A stretch of DNA of 64,000 nucleotides from Lingula anatina (Eukaryota > Animalia > Brachiopoda), in NCBI GenBank assembly GCA_051362555.1, contig CM120640.1, positions 8,122,001 to 8,186,000 of the forward strand. The letters run 5' to 3'. Positions 28,997 through 43,127 of the stretch are shown here, piece after piece. Position 1 is the first letter of the stretch; the number at the start of each line of letters is the position of its first letter. The notes under the pieces are model-generated. The model worked only from the letters and a program-made list of their open reading frames with translations. It had not been told where the DNA came from and ran no database searches. A program made the translations under genes and the position numbers.

Positions 28997-30185
28997 TCAC
29001 TGATTATTCTGATCCAGTGAATTGAATCATTTATTGCACACTAGTCCCTTTTAAGAAGGACGGTTGTGTAGTATATAACAACCCTATTGTTAAGGCGGGA
29101 ACTGATAAATGTTTGTCAATTTATGTTAAAATTTCATCAACATCTTACTTTCTGTATGAGTCATGCAAACATTAAAAGTGTTTTTTTTTTTGTAGTTTTT
29201 GCCTTTATGTCTCAAAGAATCTAATAAAAAATAGTTTTTTATTTTTCGTTTGAAACAAATTATTTCAATCATTCCATGGGACCGACGTTAACGAAACTCT
29301 TACATATCTTGGATTTTAACTGTTAAATTCAGCTCCATCTTAACCGAAACTATCAGTTCAGCCAATAAAACGCCTTTTTCTCAGTTGCTGATTTGTTGTA
29401 GGAGTGGGAGTGTAAAGTTAAATGTATTTTATCCGGGTGTTTCCCGCCAAATCGAATCTTTAAAAAAGGCAATTTTCTGCGGCTCACGAATCATTACTCA
29501 AACCGTCCTTGCACTATCCGTTTCTAAAAAAATTCTTCTAAATGGCAAGCAAGTCACTGAGACCGCCCGGTCTCCAAGTGCAATTTAGAAGGGAATATCG
29601 AAATTAAAGTTTGAGGGTTTTATCGTTTTCAAGGTTTAAATTATGAAAGATAGACAGACACAAAAAATATGATTTTGGGACCGTTTAAAACGCGAACAGT
29701 ACACCGTCAACGTGTGAATCGAATCTTTATGCGTGTAAATTATTTTAAAAATCCATGTAACTCAAATGTCCCTCGCAAAAAAAAAAACATACCTGGCAAT
29801 TTTCTACGTGTAAAAAATTTATCTATTGGGTATACATTTCATCGTATTTCTTCCCCCACAGTTCCATGCCTGCCATGCTGATATGAAAATTGACTGAGCC
29901 GATTATTATTAGCAAGAGAGTCTACTTAAATATTTCATCCATTGTCTAAAGAACTAATTTTACTTGTTAATTTTTAAGATATGCATTTTCATACACTTAA
30001 TTTTGGGTTTGATAGAAAGAGAGATAGATGAAAATGTTGAAAAAAAACCCCAAGAGTAAATATATTACTTAACAGAATACGATATATGGAGGGAATGTTT
30101 TATAAATGAAGCACACTGACTACGTGTTTTTTTTTACAAAAGCAGTTTATCTAATCAATCAATCTAATCAATCATTTGAATAATA

Positions 30186-30187
<2 letters not shown>

Positions 30188-30223
<36 letters not shown>
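30188..30223. repeat. (GT)n microsatellite in NK4 intron
   Basis: About 18 units, read directly. Confidence 0.95.
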
Positions 30224-30224
<1 letters not shown>

Positions 30225-30421
30225 CTTTTTGTAATCATATTTTCACATGAGCACAGAATTTTCCCTCTCGTGTGAAAATGAAAGAAATTTGTGACGATAA
30301 TAGTCTCATTTCCTGAGATTAAAACCAAATTCTAAAATTACATGACCAACGTTTTGATTTATTAGTTCTGTCTGAGCCAACAGAACTGTTAGGTATGGAT
30401 TTTCTAAAACATACACTCTTG

Positions 30422-30424
<3 letters not shown>

Positions 30425-30472
<48 letters not shown>
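30425..30472. repeat. (AT)n microsatellite in NK4 intron
   Basis: About 24 units, read directly. Confidence 0.95.
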
Positions 30473-30475
<3 letters not shown>

Positions 30476-33400
30476 TGGTTTTGTGAAAATAGTCAACGTG
30501 AAATTTAAAGAAGAGAATACATGAAGATTTTCAAAAATATTCTATCTGATCATTATTAACAAGAGAGTCTTTTCTTTGTCAATTTTTTACAGTTGTTAGA
30601 TGAGATTGTCAGCAATCTTTTGAGTTGAATGGCAATGTTATTCAGTACTTGAGTCAAGCGTGAATAGATATAAATGAATATTTGGGCTCCCTATTATAGG
30701 TATTCTTTCTGGAATTTTCAAGCCAAATCGAAAAAAAATTCCCCTACTTACGAATCTTTGTCATTCTGCTCTCTACATTGCATCTACGGTTTATGCCATT
30801 TTCAATTAAACATTTTAGTTCTAAATGAATGACCGGCATATCTTACTGTACTTTTCAGTTGGAAATGTCAAAATCGGGTGTTTTTACTTAAGGGTTTACA
30901 TCGTTTATTTAGATCCGATTTGGGTAAGATAAGTAGCTTTGCAAGGTATGTAGACATGGAAAATGCGACTTTCGGGCATTTTTAGCGTGGACAGTATGAC
31001 TTCAAGAATTAGATTTAAAAACAACTATACAAAACTGCATCTATAAATGTAAATAAATAAATGTATTACAGTCACAGAAATTTGATACAGACTATCACTA
31101 AATACGTGTAGTCGAAAGTATATTACAGTTAAAAAAGAATATCCATCATCGAAAAATTCTTTGATAAATTCCATAGATACAGTACTACAAAAAACTATTA
31201 TAAGTATTGTCTTTTTTTAATTAGATGGAATATTCCATTGATGCGGTTTTTGTGTTTATTTACAATGATTTTCCTATGCATAAATTGTCTGATATTTCAT
31301 CTGTTATCTTTAAACCATTTAGTACCACAAACAGTATCTGGGCATCGTTGTGACGATGATAAAAGCATTCCAAAGTTGGTCTCACAGCCAGTGCACCCCG
31401 AGCAACCAAGTCTCCCATTGTCTTTTTAACAGTTGGCTTTTCTTACCCAGCTTGTAGCTCTTTATACTTTTTTAAGCGAATCTATTTTTTTTTTTCACTT
31501 TGGTATATGTATGATGTTGATTTCTTAGCCTTGTTGATGAGCTTTGGCGTGTACTGCGAAGCAATTCCGCTCGCCACAGACATCAGCATTTTCTACCGCC
31601 ACGAGTGTGACATTTCCCCGTGCACCTCACCCGCGTGCCTGCACCACGTGATCTGACCAACTCCACAATTCCATCACAAATGGACATCAAATGTAAGTTA
31701 AACATTGACTGCATTTAGTTTTCCTCCGGCAAACGCCATTCTTTTCTTAATTCTTTTTATTGTTTCGCCATTTCAGTCATATATATTGTTAGGTAGTAAA
31801 AAAGGAACTTTAATATGAAGGTGAACATCAACATCTTAACATCTTTTCAGTTCTCACTTTTGTATATAAAAAGACCTCCAAATCCCAATTTATAATCACA
31901 GCACATCATAAATTTACTTCTAAAGCGTTCATCTACACGCCCATTGGTGATATGACTGGTCACAAATTTGGTATTACAAGATTTTTGGGGAGACCTGATA
32001 CAAATCAGCACCGACACCAATGATATTCATGACAAAACCCATTATAAAGAAAGTTGACCTCAGCAGTCGGTACCCGGATGTGGAGCTGCTACCTTGGACA
32101 TGAAGAGGAGGCGTCTAATTACTTTAATTAATCGTGTCTTGCACAAATATGCAAACATTTTGAAAAGCAATAACAATAAAATTGTCATTACAGCACAAGG
32201 CTTAAGAATGCAAGTACTACATGTATATATGTCTTCACTACTGTTGTTCGCTTTGTTCGGCTTTCGTTCATTTGAGCATACAAACCTGGCTAAATGATAT
32301 TTATCGATTTGAAGTTAAGAAGTGCCTTTCTCATAATGGTGTTGAAAACAGTGTAATATTCTAATATTCTTTAACACGGAAATGAGGGTGTTATCAACAT
32401 TTATTTATTTTACATTAAAATTTGTTTCACTTATCTTGAACTTTTCTTCACCTTCAATACGTTTCAACAATTATACAGTCGATAAGGTGTGACATCAGTT
32501 GTCCACAAACACCGATAAATATCTCAAGAGTGACAGAAATAATTGAAGACGATAGAAGATATATTGCCTTTAAAATGCACTTCCTATTTCTAACCGAGAT
32601 GACTTTCATCGCCAACTATACATTACCGACGAAACCATTTCTGTTTCATTTACACAGAGTTTAGGTTTCAAGGATTGTTTCACAGAATCTTATATAAAAT
32701 AACTTGTTATCTGAGTTTTAAAATTATTTTAATAATATGTCATTGCAGAGTAAAATTGGAATGCAGCAACTTTTTTTTTGCACAAACTCATATGGTTTCA
32801 CAAAATATGAGTCATTAACTATAATATAAATATAAACCCTACCGTTAAAAATTAACTCAAATCATCAAATAAAAAAAATCAACACGATTATATTCAAATA
32901 ATGATTATGGTAATAAGGACGTTCGAGTGTTTGAATTATAAAAATTTCTTTACATAAATAATGGAGATATGTTATATCTGATTAGCACTCAACAACCTTT
33001 CCCGAACAACGTCCATTAAAAACGTAAAATCCTAGGATATAATAAGATGTGAAAATAATACTTCGCTGATTTTTTTAGTCAAAATGAAAAATATTTGAAA
33101 TAAAAAATGCAATCTAGTTAATAAAGAATGGCGTGGGCGTTTTCTGATGTCTGTTTAAAACTTTGACTTTAATTTTTGTGATTTACAGACAAAAAAAGCT
33201 TGTTTGTCCATGTAGCATATTTCCCACGTCGAGTCACCTCATTTTTTGACGCAGTTCAAAGGGAAGTCAGGCATTGAGTTTTCTTCTTCAATTATTTAGG
33301 ATTCAAACTTCCTCTAATCTCTGACGTGAGGTTTTGTGTCAGACGTGTAACATGTGTCTGATTCTATCTCTTAAAATGCGTTGCAGAACTTTTTTGTGGG

Positions 33401-35367
33401 ATTAAGTTCGCCAACTCCCTTCAATTAACATCATTTGCAAGATTTTTTGGTATTGGTTTTGACTTTATTTTATCTCTCAGGTTACTATGCGAAAATATAT
33501 CTATGTGTTTTTGCAAATAAATGTTTTTGATTACCCCCAAAGACCTGTTAACATTTTCTAAATATTTGATATGTGTTCATAATGATAGGAACAATTCGAC
33601 AAGTCTTTTTTTAAAGTTAAATAAACCATTTGCTTGTTTAGGGGGCAAGTTATGCAACGTGTTTCAGGCTGATTTTTCTTCTAAGATTTAGGTGATCCTT
33701 TCCCACTTTAGGTCACTTTGTACAGAGATGATATCAAGGTTCTCTCAGCATGAAGTGTTATGAATAAAATAATCGCAGCCCATTGAGTGTCAACTACCCA
33801 TACAATAATCCACACGCGTGGCTTTAATTTTAAACTGGGTAAGACATTACAGAAAGCTTTTTCTAATTAGCTACCCTGCTGTTTTAAAGTCTTCCAAAGC
33901 CTGTCTTTTTTAACGAACTTTTAATGGATAAACACAGCGCATTGTTTGTTTTGAATGCAACAAAACTGATTTAAATGTCATAATTTTAATAAATAAACCA
34001 GTGAATTACGAGCATTATAATGATAACGTACAAAATGTGTTCTCAACTAGTAAAACGTTTCAAAGAAATTGTTGGAAAGAAGTGCAGTACCTTGATCGTA
34101 CTCTCGGAGAAAAAAGGAGAAATGCATCAATTACCCATTTTACTGACAGTTGTTGCGAAAACTTTTTAATTCATTTCAATGTAAACATTGTGAAGCTTGC
34201 TATTTAGCGACTGATGCCCTGTAACCCTATGGTGACGCTTCCCACCCGTTGAAACATTTGGCTCCATGGAATAAGCAGACTTCACTCGTATAGATTTCCC
34301 AAGTATGTGCAGTTACTGTAACGTATTGTTTTTTCAACGCATTTTTATACATTGTAACTTTGGCCCGAGACGTCCCCCGCCTCATTTAACAACAAAATGG
34401 CCATTTTCTGCGTAATTAAGCAGCGTAAACAAACGTGCAATATGGAATGTTCGGTAATTAATTGCTCCATTTCTAAATATATCGAAGCGCAAGATAAAAC
34501 CCTGCGCTGCACAGCGAGTGGGCTTGCACGGCGTCTTTAGAAGTAAACATTGCATCCCTGTCTACGTTTAGTTTATTCTAGATACTCCAAGCCGACCAAC
34601 TCTCGGAAAAACCCAACTCCTCTCTTTAGCTGAACTTTTCCATTGTTTCATACAGGCAAACGTTTATCTTTTTTTTTTTTTTTTTACAAACTTAAATGGT
34701 TTCAAACCAAAATATATGTCAGACCGACCAACCAAAATATATGGTTTGAATTTGTGGGCTTTGCAAAAACGCTTCTATTATTTATTGCAGTAAAGGTAAT
34801 TTGTAGCAATTTGTATATACTAGTAAACCATGGCCTTGATGTATCTTTTCCACATTTAAGACTACTAATTTCCTTTCTTTTACACAGATGAACTCGCCTT
34901 ATGTCATTAAATCATCCGGTTCCGTCTTGTTTCCTGATAGTTTCTGGTGTCACCTCATGTGATAAAGGTTTAAAGTATGGCATTTCCTTCAACTCTCGCT
35001 ATCTCAGTCGTGTATGGTGTGTATATCCTCGGCGGTTGGCACTTAATAATGACGTTAGTTTATTCTAGGGCCCAAAGATATATATAATGGGTTTTACTAA
35101 GTCTTACTTGCGAATCACTCCGTTTAAAAAAACTACGACAGCTGCATAGCAACTAATAAACGCTTAGTCGAAATCTTGTTGAAGAAGAAAAACAATTTGA
35201 TCAATTCTACAAGTGTAAAGCACAAGTAGAGAAGAAGTCAGTGAAATCCTATTATTATATTTAGTTTAAGCCTACTTGAGCTGAGTGGTTTTGGATTCGA
35301 ATGTCATTGAAGAGCTTTTCATTAGCACGAGCACGGTGAAGTATCTCTTAGAGCTGGGCAGACCTAC

Positions 35368-35722
35368 CTATCTTAGTGATTTCCTCGCCTGGTGCACTGC
35401 TACTTGAGGTGGTGGTCGTGGTTGGTACGTTATAAGGGCAGGCACTTAGCCTCTCAATTGTGGGGGTATTTAAAGGATCGTACATAGTCGATGGAGGGGG
35501 TGAGCTCATAGCAGTCCCTCCGTACTGGCACGCTGGATTGATCATGTTCAGACCCGGGGCCTCGCTGCCCATGGCACCATGCATTGTCGGTTCTGCGTAG
35601 AAACTGCCGGAGGAGAAAGTGAGGCTGGTGTGGAAATCCATGCTGTAAGTTGTCGGCTCTGAGCCGTACTGGAGGATGTCCTTTACAGAAAATGGCGCGC
35701 CTCCTGTGTGATTGGCTGACAT
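35368..35722 (-). CDS. NK4: NK4 coding exon 1 with TN/eh1 motif
   Basis: ATG at 35722 gives MSANHTGGAPFSVKDIL (TN domain). Donor G|GTAGGT at 35368/35367, phase 1, joins exon 2 in frame. Joined CDS is 963 nt (320 aa); intron about 7.26 kb. Confidence 0.9.
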
Positions 35723-38700
35723 AGCTTTAACTTCCTCTGCCGTGTTCCCTGAGCACACATGCTGCGGTGAATCCCTGGCAAGCTGTCTTTTTCACTTAAA
35801 ATTCAGTTTTGCTTCTTCTAATGGCGATAGCATTAATAATCAATTAACAGGTGCCCCGTCTGTCGACTACGAATAAACTTGCGTTTTCTCATCAGCCAAT
35901 CGGAGACCAGAAGCCTGACAGATCCACGAACAGTACGCAAAGCAAGTGCATCAGCCTGAAAGAAGACAGCTCAACTCTGAAACAATGCAACAGTAACAGA
36001 AAGGCATTTCCTCTAAAGCTAAAAAATGAACACCGATTATCTTCTCCGCCACTGTTTATACTTTATGGAGGCTAATTTGCGATGCTGCAATGTTTAACGT
36101 GTGTTTGTTGTGATTAGTGGCCCGACTCCTCCTGCTTCGGCCGCTGCTAGTTTTCCATTAGAACGCGACGTAACACGGAGATAAGCGCCGCGCAGGTGAA
36201 ACCGAAGCCTCCTTGGATGGGGGGTCACTGTTAAAATGTCGCATCAAATGCATGAAAGCTCGCCGTACTATCAGTGAGCCGGGTCTGTGATTGGACGGGC
36301 TTGCCATTTAGCAGTTATGTGATGACAAGGTTGACTAGGCAATCAATTAACGGCGGGATCGGGCGTTTAGCCGGCCCCACTTAATGTCAAAATTGTTTAA
36401 CTCATTCGATCCCTTGATTTGTTTAATCAGGACGGGAGGAACGAGAAAATATTTGGCTCTGAGATAGGACAGAATTTTTCTAATAGCACTGTATGTCTTT
36501 CCGATATACGCGGCGGTTTAGCCGCAACTACTGGATGTCCCGCTATAGTGACCACATTAACGTTCACTGAGACTTCATTCATATTAAAAACAGATTTTTA
36601 GTTTATTTTGTCCCTGGACGATCTTTCTGTGTGGCTCTCAGTTGTGATTAACGCCTTTATTTATCACTTTGTCACTGGAATTGAGTACTCTATCGCAGGC
36701 AAGCATCTGCAGTCCGATTTTCCGCTTCCATACACTTTCAAAGGCTCAAGGCTCAATTTAGAGGAAAATAAAACAAAGAGCCTTCCGTGTAATTTTGAGT
36801 GCCGATCATATAACGACAACGATCCCCGTACGGCGAAATCTTTCGCCTGCAGCTTGACACCCGATGCCCGTTTTGTTTTACTGCATATATTAAATTGATT
36901 TGATTGTTTTGTTGGTAAGACATCGTTTTAATCGAGGTGAGTCTCTCTAATGGGTCTTCTATGTTAGGCGGATCAGTTAACAAGACGGTGTCAGCTCTGA
37001 TGTATTCACCACCCGGGGTAGCGAGCTCAGCAGACGACTCGGCGTCCTTGGTGGGAGGGGGAAGGTAGGGGGGTTTGCAGATTCTCACCTTGATATAATT
37101 GTGGATTTTTTTCCGCTGTTTTTTTTTATTTTTTGTTTTTGTTTTTTTTTATATACAATAATAATATGAATTTTTCCTTTTGCTTTCAGTTTCGTATCAG
37201 TGTGAAAAATAAAAAAGGACAAGAAAAGAGAAAAAAAGTCAAAGAAGCGAGAAAAAACAATGAAATGATATTGTATGGAACGCTGTACATAACATTTCCA
37301 CATTTTTTTTTTTTTTTTCGAAACGTAATTCGTGTGGTCCAATTTCTCACGCATGTTACCAGGGCCATAAATCACATTCTTTTGTATTCTTTTTAAAACT
37401 TTCTTTGGTCTAAATGACGGGGTTACCACACATTGATCTCAGGAAAAGAAAAACGACACCACACACGTGAGAATAAAGCAGTCGAAGCTTATCCAGAACT
37501 CCACAGAACTTTTCATCCATTTCATTTCATTGGCGATTTTTATCATAACGCACCGTGGAATACATGTAACTTTTCGCCCTTTTGATAAAACAAAGGTTTA
37601 ACCATACAAGAGAAATTAATAAAGCTACATTATTATATTATTTTTTGTCTTTTTAACAAAAGTGAAGTAACAAAAACTTTTTTCACATGATAAAAATTGT
37701 GGTACTGTGACCTTTTTTCTTTCTTATTTTTCGGTTGCGGTTTTGTCTGATATTGCTTGTGACCTATTTTCACTGCAGTCAATTGGTCTTTATGTAAATG
37801 ATGAAATGTATACATTTGTTTGCAATATTGCTTTTTGTTCAAAACACACGTACGTATTAATAACGAGCCAAATATGTGATTGAATTATCAAAACATATTC
37901 ACTTTAAATGGTTTTTGTACTTTTTATCAAATAAACACCTATTGCAAACCTTCTTTGGTGGTCATTTTCGTGGAGTTGCTTTACGCTGACCAGGACAAGG
38001 ACGAGACGCCGCACTGAAAAAAAATCACGACTATCAGTCACCGATTATTTAAAATATTTATGTCTGTTTGTATTATCAGATTTTCTTCTTTCCGGCAAAT
38101 AGAGCTCGGGTACGAATAAAAAGACCCAATTAGAAATTCAAAATGATAATATTCAAATTTAATTTTGCACACCAGAAAAATATCATAACGGTTCACTCGT
38201 AATCTTTTAATGCTTCTTACATTTGGTTTCTACATACCTATAGTTAATTTCTATTAAATAGTAACTACTCTCAAATAAGACATGCGATTCGAAGAAAGGC
38301 AACCCAATAGTGGCAAGTCCAGGTTGTCAGAGCCGATTAAGCGTCGGAGAAGGTCCTTTGATATTTTAAACGACAACGACAATAAAAAACGCATTGATGC
38401 TCCCGCCACCCAAGATTAACGCCAGTTTTTCATATTGTTAAAGAACGAAGCTCCTGGCTGAGAAATACGAGCTCCTTACGTATTCGGTGTTGTATTTTCA
38501 TCAAAACCTCGAATAAAAGTCCTTAATTGAGAACCCGCACATAATCCCGCAACTGCAACTGATAGTGAAATAGAATGCACTACCGGTTATATACATCAAA
38601 TTATGTCAATGCTTGTAATTTTAGAAATTAATAGCTGTGTAGTGTCATTCCCTTTCTGTTGTAATGTGATCGAGTATGCTTTAGTCTTTTTTTTTTCCTA

Positions 38701-40683
38701 TTTTACATTTCTCTTCGTTATTTTAGCAATTTTAATCACTTTACATATATCGACATTTATTTTTTGATATAAAATATGTACGTTTTTATTTATTTATTCT
38801 GTTTTAAATTGCATTGTTAGCTTACTGCAGGAAATTAAATTTTGCGCTGTTAAAAAATATTACATGTTGATTTTACATTTTATGAAGTTTCATTTTCGGC
38901 ACGTCAAAGAATTGCGCATTATGATTATCATGATGTCTTCCGATTTTGAGTAGTTCTAACCAGGTGATTATAATCGCATTTTTTAATAAATTCTTATGAA
39001 ACTATGACTCCGTTAATTTTTTTATGGTTCTGATTCTAATACTGTAAATCTTTGTGGGTCCTTGAATTCACACGTGTGGGCCGTGTCCCCGGGGCGGCTC
39101 CTCTTTTTGGAGGACTACACACTGACGCATGCATATCAACATGATGTTAATAACGTGCACACTTCTGAACGGAAGGCATGGTCTTGTAGTTGAATGGCTG
39201 CCTGACAGTGGTAAGCATGGCGAGGTGGCTGATCAAGCGCCTCCACCTCACATTTCTGCAAATCTCACAGCGAGTTGTCATCACTTTCGGTAAGCACTTC
39301 ACTTCAGATGTGTGAAATCAGCAATAGATCCTGTGATAATTGAAATGTAAACATGTTCAACCACTTAGATATCATAAGATTCTTAAGAATGATATATCAG
39401 AGAACTCCGAGGCGGGACGTGGGGTTTCTAACGTGCTCGCCAAATGTTCGCTGTGAGGAATTCGGTTTTTGTAAAACATATTTTATGGAAGTGCGATTAT
39501 AAGGATAGGCATATCGCGGTTGTGTTCAGTCATAAATTTCAACAAAACCCTATCCTTTGTTTTGCATTTTATTCTAATTAAAGCCCAAACCACCTGTTGG
39601 TTAAGCTATGTATTTAAGCCGGAGCAAGAAAAATGTGCGCAAATTAATGCTACCATTGCATTTTATACCGTACGCATTGTAGCAGAGGGAAAGATGATAC
39701 ACAAAAGCACTCTATTTGAGTGCAACCCCAGGAAAATAATGTGAGTGTTTTACCAAAAATCAGTTTTCCATTAACACCAAATTTGGAAATGTCTCCAGGA
39801 GAAATTTCTAGTTTTCAATGTCTTCTTCTTTTAAGAGACGTGAAGTTAAACCACGTAAAGTTACGCGTGCCTCTGCAATCCGAAGTCATGATGAGCTATT
39901 TGATAGCGTTTCAAAAGACACCTCAATGACTGGATACTTAAGGTTGAAATTTGAACTAGAAAAGATCAAAGGCACATTTTTCACTGATGGTTTAACCCTC
40001 TCTTACTTCGCTCATCAACTCATAGCTTGAAATATGTATGATGATAGCCTCTTTGTATCCATTCTACTGTCTGTCTGTTTGTCTATCTGTCTGCTGAGGT
40101 TTTTTTCTCTTTTGTGGATTCTTTTTGCAAGTATGCCTGTCTAGATATTGATCAGGGTGCTATTACTTACCACAGCTGTGTAGAAAACAAAATAAATGTG
40201 AAAATAAATTCGTAGTTCTAATCAAATCCTTAATTTTAGACAATCTTCCATATTCATATTATCGGTGTTATAGAAAAAAATAGAAAAAAATCTAGCAATT
40301 TTATTTCGTGGTGTAGTTCAACCGTATTTAACCCCAGAATGGCATGTTATGCCATTTGAAATATCTGTTTCACTGTCAAGTATTTTGTATATTTGACAAC
40401 ACTTTCAATGCCTGGATTATCATCATTATCATTATATCACATTAAAAAATCAAATCATTTCTTTAAGGAAGTTGGGAAAGATTGTACCGTTGTCAATCAA
40501 GGAAACATCCTGAGGTCACCCCGAATGTTTGACTTGAAATGAAATACAAAACTTTTCATTTATTTGTTTTGTTTTGATTTCATTGTTTTCTTTCAGTCGC
40601 GTCCCTTTTAGAAAATATATTTTATATGGAAGACAAATTGTAAGTAAAAGAAAATTGTTCTTTTTTCTTTTTGTGTAAAAATA

Positions 40684-40800
40684 TGAGAATAAGTGAAATT
40701 TTGCTGTATGGTATATTTTACTACTACAATATCATTTTTCTTGTAAGGAAAAAGACGAGAATAGGTGGCATTATTCGAAATCGTATATTTTATTACTACA
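40684..40800. repeat. Degenerate tandem duplication, period about 73 bp
   Basis: gagaataagtg...gtatattttactactaca is repeated as gagaataggtg...gtatattttattactaca. Confidence 0.7.
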
Positions 40801-43074
40801 TCAGCAATCTTATAAATAATCAATATATCAACCAAAAAAAAACCGTTGTCTTTTTACGACATTTGTACGACTTATCGTCAATTCTGTACCCAAAAACACG
40901 ATAATTTCAACTTCCATACCATAAACATTCATATTACTTTTTTTTCAAGAAGGCGTCATCTTTGCATGCCGAAGTTTAAACAAGTAACACACAATATATT
41001 GAAACAAAATGGCAGCTGTGATGGGTGTGTGCATACTGATTTATTTCATTTCTCTTTTTTAGAACAAAGTTTGGAGCCACCTCGGACTATCACACCCAGT
41101 CTCACACTGAAGGAGGCTTAATTAAGAACCACACCAGGGCACCTGCATAACACAATGTACATATGTGCTTTTATAGTCTTTTGGAAGAGAGAAAAATGCA
41201 TTCCTCTGTATCAATACACGTATAGTATTTTGTGAGAGCAAAGTGCACACCCAGAAAGAATAACTTATTTTTTCTCTTATATTATGTTTTTATGTATATT
41301 TTGAGAACTTAACTTGGTCCTCTTTACACCACTTTTTGTGCCTATCAAATCTCTTACACTGTCTTGATCTAATTTAATATCCTATCATTAAATATCCTCA
41401 ATTTTTTTTATGGTTAATATTTTTTCCTGGGAAACATTAAGTGAAAAGGCGTCAATTTAGTTTTCTTTTTCATTTAAGTGCCTGTGCTTACCTAAAAGAA
41501 GTTTTATTTGTCGGATTAGTTACATACTACAATGCAATTTTCATTTTAAAGATATCGAGGCAAACGTTATATTGTAGCTATTTTTTCAGTTACACATATT
41601 CCTTTCCAATCACTAGCTTTTATTGAAAAGAATACATTGAAACAGATGATACGAATCAATAATGTTTTTATATATAACACACATATATGTAATGGTGTTC
41701 CTTGTCTACTGAAGCAGGCCTATGTGCCCTGATACTCGCCAGCTGATCCAAAGAAATAACTTTTTTTACTTCCTCCAAGTTGGCATTGGCATAAGATAAC
41801 GTCCACAAGACAGTCTGCAGGCCGACTGCTACGATAAACATGGCGTTTTCCCCTCACCGTGTCCATTAAGAGGAGCCGTGAAGGTGGTAGGAGGCAACCC
41901 GAACCCTTCGTGTTTAAACAACTCGAGATTTTGTTGTACAAATGTTTTAGTTCGGCCGTTCTCTCTGGCTGAGGCAGAATGGAAACAGTATACAAACATT
42001 GCATAAGCGCTCAATACTGCGTCAATCAAACTGGCCGTGGCAGGAGCGTCTGGAGTAGATAGCCCTTCTGATCGAGAACATTGTTATTCGCACACACGCG
42101 CTCGCGTGCTTCATTCTGTGCTTTTCATTACAACGAAGACATTAAGATTAATTCTTATAATGTTCATGAGTATACTCACACTAATATGTAGTATGGAAAA
42201 CCCTGCTTTCAATGCATCACTAGGGATATATTTTTAATATGTATATTTGTCTGCTATTGATATAATTTATTAGAATGCTTGGTTTAGCGAAAGGCAAAAG
42301 AAGTTACTTTTGTAACATTAATCGAGATATATTTCATCTTGGGTCATATCACGATTGCCGCGCCATATCTTCCATTGCGTTTGTTGTGACAAGGTTGCCA
42401 ATTGATCTCAGCAAACACCTTCAGCCCTTTATGTAAAATGCGAAAGAAGTAAAATTCTTTTTCAGAGTTCATTTTTTACTGATATCTATATATTTATTAG
42501 ATCTAATTTCCTGAAATTCGTACAGATAAATAAAGTTGATATGTTGGGTTTGATGATTTTGTCTATTTATTTTATTTATTTATTTCAAAGGGGTGAATTA
42601 TTAATTCATCTATTTATCTGTCCACTTATCTATTTTATTCATTTATTTATTTATCTGTTCATTTATTTATTTATTTATAAAGTGGAAATAAATAATGGTT
42701 AGGGAAATCGAGTCTCGGCCGTCTAAAATGGAGTATTAAGATGTTCGAATGTATTGAAAATTGACTCAGTAAATTATTGAATCTATTGAATGATATTATT
42801 ATCAAATAGGTTTAGACGGTAGATAAACGTTCAATCTTTATTTTCTTTCTAAAAATTAAATTCAAACATATCACAGAGCTTGAATATCTCTTCACCTACA
42901 TAAAAATCAAAATTCTTAAAGAAAAAGAGAGAGAGAGATTGACACTTGCTAAAATTTAGATGCAGCTTAGTATGTAAGTATGATGTATAACCAAATAGAG
43001 GACCAAATGTTATCGTATATTTTCTAACACCGAGTGGCTCACCACTTAATCTCTTCTTGAAATCAATATATCAC

Positions 43075-43077
<3 letters not shown>

Positions 43078-43125
<48 letters not shown>
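43078..43125. repeat. poly(T) tract, 48 nt
   Basis: Read directly from the sequence. Confidence 0.95.

Positions 43126-43127
<2 letters not shown>

Noticed and set aside
36055-36060. TATAAA on - strand as the NK4 TATA box
   Set aside because: It would imply a leader with five upstream ATGs; a closer TSS is equally plausible, so it was not called.
37085-37429. Lys/Phe-rich ORFs
   Set aside because: Produced by A/T homopolymer runs; possibly decayed repeat, not coding.
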